From NCBI GenBank assembly GCA_046861655.1, contig JBHIAI010000004.1:1-48912 (forward strand): DNA of 48,912 nt, in the 5' to 3' direction. A model generated the notes under the pieces. The model had not been told where the DNA came from and made no database searches. It saw nothing but the letters and a program-made list of their open reading frames with translations. The position numbers and the translations under genes were made by a program. Each line of letters opens with the position of its first letter. Within the stretch, counting starts at the first letter, position 1. Below, piece by piece: positions 44,980 through 48,912 of this stretch. The stretch is from Fidelibacterota bacterium. Lineage in GTDB: Bacteria > Fidelibacterota > Marinisomatia > Marinisomatales > S15-B10.

Positions 44980-46583
44980 TTCAGCACCACCACCTTTATC
45001 CAGTGATTCTCGTTGTCATAGAAAAGATTGCAAAAGTAGGTCCCATTCGCTACCAGATTCCCGGCACTGTCCCTACCATCCCACTTCAGCGCCCCTTCCC
45101 CTTCCCCCCGGCGATAATCAAAGGTCCGCACTTCTTCCATGGCAAAATTGTAGATGGAGACACGCACCAGGTTGGACCGGCGGACCGAGATGTGAAACCG
45201 GACATACCCATCCCCCTTAAGAAGGTTATTTACGTAGGGAGAAAACGGGTTTGGATAGGCATAAACCTTACGGGAGTCTATGTTCGTCCTTTCGATCCTC
45301 CAGGTGGACTCTTTCCCCGTGGAGGAGTTTCCTGGATCAAGATTCCGGGCCATTCCGTCTCCGGTACCTATCCACAGGACGTTCCCGTAGTAAGATCGGG
45401 TGTCGTGGACAACCGCGTAGACGTCATCGTCCAGAATCTGGTCGTCCCGGGCGGGATCCACCGCCGGTAGAAACAAAGAGAAATTTGTACCGTCCTCGGA
45501 TTTCCACAGGCCGTTCTCTGTGGCCACGTACACCAGGCTGTCCAGGGCAAATACGTTGTATCCCCTTTCCCCTCTCAGGTCCGCGGCGGAATACCAGGTC
45601 CGTCCGTCATCCGGCGTATAGCTGACGCCGTTCTCCTCGGCAGGGTCCGTACTGAGAGTAACCGCCCAGATCTTTCGTGTCCCTCTCCATTGCTGTCTGG
45701 CCAGGGCCACCACCCAGTTTCCGGTGATGCCGGACTTGGGAAAGGAATAGTGCGTCCATTCCACACACCCGGACGGGGATACCAGGCCCCGGTTTATACC
45801 GTCGGCCGTACCCGCCCAAACGGTGTCCCCGTAAGCCAAAACCGAGAACCCTTTGTGATTATGATTGCCAAAAGGAGGGTCCCGGGGGTTGAGGATGTAC
45901 CCTGGGATCTTATCTCCACAGTCCATTCTGGTACTGTCATCCAGGGGCAGAGGCACCCGTTCCCAGGAGGAACCCTGAGTCCACCTGCTGAGGCGCCGCA
46001 CCCCTCCGGCCCAGCTGGCGATCCAAAAATAGTCCTTTCCCACGGCAATGTCATAGGTCACATTCTGCTGGGGGACCGTGATCGGGAGGGCTCTCAAGAA
46101 GACCCCTCCCCACGAAAGGGTGCTGTCCCCCGCACTGTCAACAGGTTGGGAAAAATAGAGCCAATTGACCCCTGAGGTATCCTGGGAATTGGCCGTTAGC
46201 ACCAATCCCCCCCCAGTACTCACCCCGTCACTGACCTTGGCAGCAGCCACCAGAAGGGTGTCATCACCGCCCGACCCGATGGCCGAAATTCCCCCTTCCG
46301 GGAGCACCGGGGAACTCTGACCCGGGGTTAACTGGGAACCGGAGAAAAAGGTCCGGGAGGACAAGCTGTCCCTCATTACCGACAGCCCACGGCCCGTGCC
46401 CAGCCACACCAGAGAATCCCCCTGAATGCGTATTTCTGACACTACGTTGCTCTGGAGCCCCGACCGGGTGGAGTCCACCTGAAGATTCTGATCGGAAAGC
46501 AAGATTCTGTGGGGGGTCAATCCCTGTCCCGGGAGGTGTACCCAGATCGACAGGGCCAACCCCATACGGACGGCCTTTTTCAT
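44976..46583 (-). CDS. Secreted beta-propeller protein with a C-terminal FlgD/T9SS-like sorting domain (PorZ-like architecture)
   Basis: Repeated W.GT..G. blades, Asp-boxes (TPDDGRTW, SEDGTNF), C-terminal YAYPNPFSP...WDGRD..G..VANG.YF. Confidence 0.78.
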   Translation of the reverse strand: MKKAVRMGLALSIWVHLPGQGLTPHRILLSDQNLQVDSTRSGLQSNVVSEIRIQGDSLVWLGTGRGLSVMRDSLSSRTFFSGSQLTPGQSSPVLPEGGISAIGSGGDDTLLVAAAKVSDGVSTGGGLVLTANSQDTSGVNWLYFSQPVDSAGDSTLSWGGVFLRALPITVPQQNVTYDIAVGKDYFWIASWAGGVRRLSRWTQGSSWERVPLPLDDSTRMDCGDKIPGYILNPRDPPFGNHNHKGFSVLAYGDTVWAGTADGINRGLVSPSGCVEWTHYSFPKSGITGNWVVALARQQWRGTRKIWAVTLSTDPAEENGVSYTPDDGRTWYSAADLRGERGYNVFALDSLVYVATENGLWKSEDGTNFSLFLPAVDPARDDQILDDDVYAVVHDTRSYYGNVLWIGTGDGMARNLDPGNSSTGKESTWRIERTNIDSRKVYAYPNPFSPYVNNLLKGDGYVRFHISVRRSNLVRVSIYNFAMEEVRTFDYRRGEGEGALKWDGRDSAGNLVANGTYFCNLFYDNENHWIKVVVLK

Positions 46584-47401
46584 CGTACTACAAGAGTGTG
46601 AACCACCGTGTTGGAGTAGGCGTTACTCATGTCCTGGGCCTGAAAGGTCCACACATACGCCCCCACCGCCACTGTGGGATCGAGGAAAAGAACGTAGGAG
46701 TAGATGCCGTCACCCGCCGCCGAATCACCGCTGGTAATGTTGGGTTCATAAAGAATCACCTGTCCTCCGTCATCATGAAGGAAAATGGGATCACCCTGGT
46801 TGGCCAAACTGCCATCAGGTTTTAACGATATGAATCCCACCCATCGAATGTCCCCCAGACTGTCGGCATCGGTGACCGTAGCGTGGATGGTATCGGTAAG
46901 GGTGCCTGAGGCCGGAAGCTTCAGGGTGTCCGGTGCCTCCACCGATTCTATCCGGGGAACGATGTTGCCCAGACGGAACGAATCGGCCACTACCTCCAGG
47001 GTGCTGTCGAAGTACATGGCTGTGACCTCAAGAAAGACTGTCCCTGTATCCCCATACTCCAGCGCATTCTTCAAACCCCCGGCCTGCAACTTCCGGGAGT
47101 AGGTCTGGTCCCCCTCAAGAATGTCCCCAAAGTCGCCAGCATCGTTGAGGAATACCGAATCGACCTGGGACGACTCGAACCCTTCTGTGCCGTACCACAA
47201 GAGCTGGACGTAATTCAACCTGACCCCGTTGAAAGGGTCCTTGACCCGGGCCGAAACGAAAATCTTATTGAGGTCCTGCAGGTAGGTGAACCTGACCTGG
47301 GAAACAGGGTCAGTATCCTCAACCGACTGAACGGGGGGCTCACAGGTAAGAAACCAGACCGCCGAGGCCGAAACAAGCAAGGTAAGGTTGATTCGCCGCA
47401 T
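46580..47401 (-). CDS. Lipoprotein with two acidic D-G-rich repeats (choice-of-anchor X-like)
   Basis: Lipobox FLTC; LNDAGDFGDILEGDQTYS and LHDDGG...GDSAAGDGIYS. Confidence 0.72.
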   Translation of the reverse strand: MRRINLTLLVSASAVWFLTCEPPVQSVEDTDPVSQVRFTYLQDLNKIFVSARVKDPFNGVRLNYVQLLWYGTEGFESSQVDSVFLNDAGDFGDILEGDQTYSRKLQAGGLKNALEYGDTGTVFLEVTAMYFDSTLEVVADSFRLGNIVPRIESVEAPDTLKLPASGTLTDTIHATVTDADSLGDIRWVGFISLKPDGSLANQGDPIFLHDDGGQVILYEPNITSGDSAAGDGIYSYVLFLDPTVAVGAYVWTFQAQDMSNAYSNTVVHTLVVR

Positions 47402-47424
47402 GAAGTGAGAAATTTAGAAGAGAA

Positions 47425-48387
47425 TCACTCTCCGCGGTACCTTCTTTTGACCCCCTGGGGTTTTGTTCCCCGGCCGTAAATATGGTGTACCAGGAGTGTA
47501 CCCACCGCCTGGAGACTTTCCGGGCTGCATTTATCGGGAGTGTCCTGAAGGGTGTGCCAGTAGTTTGTGTACCGGTTGGGGTAGTGGAAATCGATAATGT
47601 CCACCGCGGGAATTCCCCCTTCCTGAAACATGACCACGTGGTCGTCGGCAACCGAATACCCAATCCTGGATTCGAATTGCACGAGGCCCAGGCTTTCAGC
47701 GAGTCCCCACAATTCTTCCACCAACCCAGGAGCCTGAATCCATGAGTTTTCCTCAATGGGTAGCTCCAGTTCCTCATCGCCCACCATGTCCACAATGATG
47801 GCATGGACAGGCATCCGGGTGGGAACGTTACGGACCAGGTAACGGGACCCATTGAAGAAATGGTCCAGATCTCCCTGTTTTCCCATATCCTCCCCGTCCA
47901 GAAACAGGAGATCGATTCCCACGGGAGGAGGAGTACTGGAAAGCAATTGGGCCAGTTCCAGCAGTACCGCCACCCCGCTGGCGCCATCGTTGGCGCCCAG
48001 GATGGGTTTTTTCCTGTTCGCCCGGGTAGGATCCCGGTCGGCCCACGGCCGGGTATCCCAGTGCGCGGAGAGCCAGATTCTCTCGGACATACCAGGCCGG
48101 AACTGGGCGATTACATTGGTCAGTTCAAGCATGGCCCGGGAGTATGGATCGCCATGGGAAAAGGACTGAACGATGACGGTGTCGGCGAGAGGGGTCACCA
48201 GATCCACGATGTATTCCAGTCCTTTTCGGTGACCCTCCGATCCCGGGTTTCTCGGTCCCAGGGCGCACTGAGCCTCCAGAAATCCGAAAGCTCGATTACC
48301 GTCAAACTCCGGAACGGCTTGAGCCCCCAACGCAAGGGGGAACAACAGGACAGGGACAATGGATAATCGATTATTGATCATGAACAA
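47425..48387 (-). CDS. M28-fold glutaminyl-peptide cyclotransferase (QC)-like enzyme
   Basis: GPR.PGS.GH, AHWDTRP, GANDGASG.AVLLE, DGED, DMVG, DDH, YWHT..DT. Confidence 0.82.
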   Translation of the reverse strand: MFMINNRLSIVPVLLFPLALGAQAVPEFDGNRAFGFLEAQCALGPRNPGSEGHRKGLEYIVDLVTPLADTVIVQSFSHGDPYSRAMLELTNVIAQFRPGMSERIWLSAHWDTRPWADRDPTRANRKKPILGANDGASGVAVLLELAQLLSSTPPPVGIDLLFLDGEDMGKQGDLDHFFNGSRYLVRNVPTRMPVHAIIVDMVGDEELELPIEENSWIQAPGLVEELWGLAESLGLVQFESRIGYSVADDHVVMFQEGGIPAVDIIDFHYPNRYTNYWHTLQDTPDKCSPESLQAVGTLLVHHIYGRGTKPQGVKRRYRGE

Positions 48388-48405
48388 TCTTGAATTATCA
48401 ATCCA

Positions 48406-48912
48406 CTACCCCTGGATGGCCAGGTTTACTTCGAATCCGAAATCCCGGTCGACTCTCTTGCCCGCAATATAGTGATCACTCTCGCGGTATTCATACCAGA
48501 TACCCCCTGTCACCAGCCGGCTGAATGAGTAGGAAACCCGGGGGGATATCTTCCATGACTTCTGGCGAAGGGGCTTGGAGAAGCTAACCAGGGCGTTGTT
48601 CCGACTTCGAGCCACGGATTCCGAAAAATCAAGGGTCAGGGTGAAGTTTATGGTATTTTCGAGATTCAAGTCCCGGAAAAAGAAGATGGGTACTTTCAGT
48701 CCCCCTCGGTGGGAATAATTTGCGGAGGTCGACAGGTTCCGGTCCAGTTTTATCTCAGAACTGTTGTTGTTCCCCTGGAATCGGTTCTGCACCTTTTTCG
48801 CCGTTGAATACCGGGTGGAAACGGTGATCCCCTTCACCAGGGTCATGGAGAGCCCTATGAGTGGAGAATAAGAGGCCGAATAGTTTGAGGCTTGAAGATC
48901 GTCATCCTTCCA
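48406..48912 (-). CDS. sprA: SprA/Sov (T9SS translocon)-like protein, C-terminal part, truncated by the window edge
   Basis: The frame is open to the window end (WKDDD...YSPLIGLSMT). SPLIG, N.I...L..D, ISPRVSYSFS..VTGG..YEY and FGF.VN match SprA C-terminal strands; porV-like and CTD genes follow. Confidence 0.75.
   Translation of the reverse strand, partial: WKDDDLQASNYSASYSPLIGLSMTLVKGITVSTRYSTAKKVQNRFQGNNNSSEIKLDRNLSTSANYSHRGGLKVPIFFFRDLNLENTINFTLTLDFSESVARSRNNALVSFSKPLRQKSWKISPRVSYSFSRLVTGGIWYEYRESDHYIAGKRVDRDFGFEVNLAIQG

Noticed and set aside
1..48912. CRISPR arrays, IS/transposases, integrases, prophage, reverse transcriptase systems, rRNA/tRNA
   Set aside because: No periodic repeats or recognisable motifs were seen; coding density is near-complete with housekeeping and envelope genes.

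Overview
Gene-dense, GC-rich bacterial core chromosome from a diderm FCB-superphylum organism. My inference is Marinimicrobia/Fidelibacterota-like, based on T9SS-type genes, a Bacteroidota-type LpxC and the uppS-bamA-skp-lpx gene order. I found no rRNA, tRNA, CRISPR array or mobile element. From left to right the window holds: a Fur/PerR-aquaporin-Dps-ZIP stress operon; a Rieske-cytochrome b-nonaheme cytochrome c operon; arsC; secreted and outer-membrane proteins; a pyrimidine-nucleoside salvage operon (cdd-udk-tdk-nupC-adk) running into coaE, an SLC12-like transporter, lpxL and tsaC; the uppS-bamA-skp-lpxD-lpxC-fabZ-lpxA-orf-dxr-rseP envelope operon; a ferredoxin-Mrp cluster; assorted metabolic genes; and a T9SS-like operon (sprA, glutaminyl cyclase, lipoprotein, CTD-bearing protein, two porV-like genes). 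The most notable signals are: (1) 13 of about 15 predicted signal peptidase I substrates start with Gln after cleavage (the Q-rule), and a glutaminyl cyclase gene sits directly behind sprA; (2) a TIP/AQP8-like aquaporin inside a peroxide/iron-stress operon; (3) a bc-type complex with a 9-heme cytochrome; (4) an Mrp lacking its CxxC motif; (5) a secreted RMDN/PTPIP51-like TPR protein. Two frameshifted genes, an apparent ATC start for lpxA and several motif-breaking substitutions may be assembly errors. All calls come from reading motifs by eye; no database searches were run.
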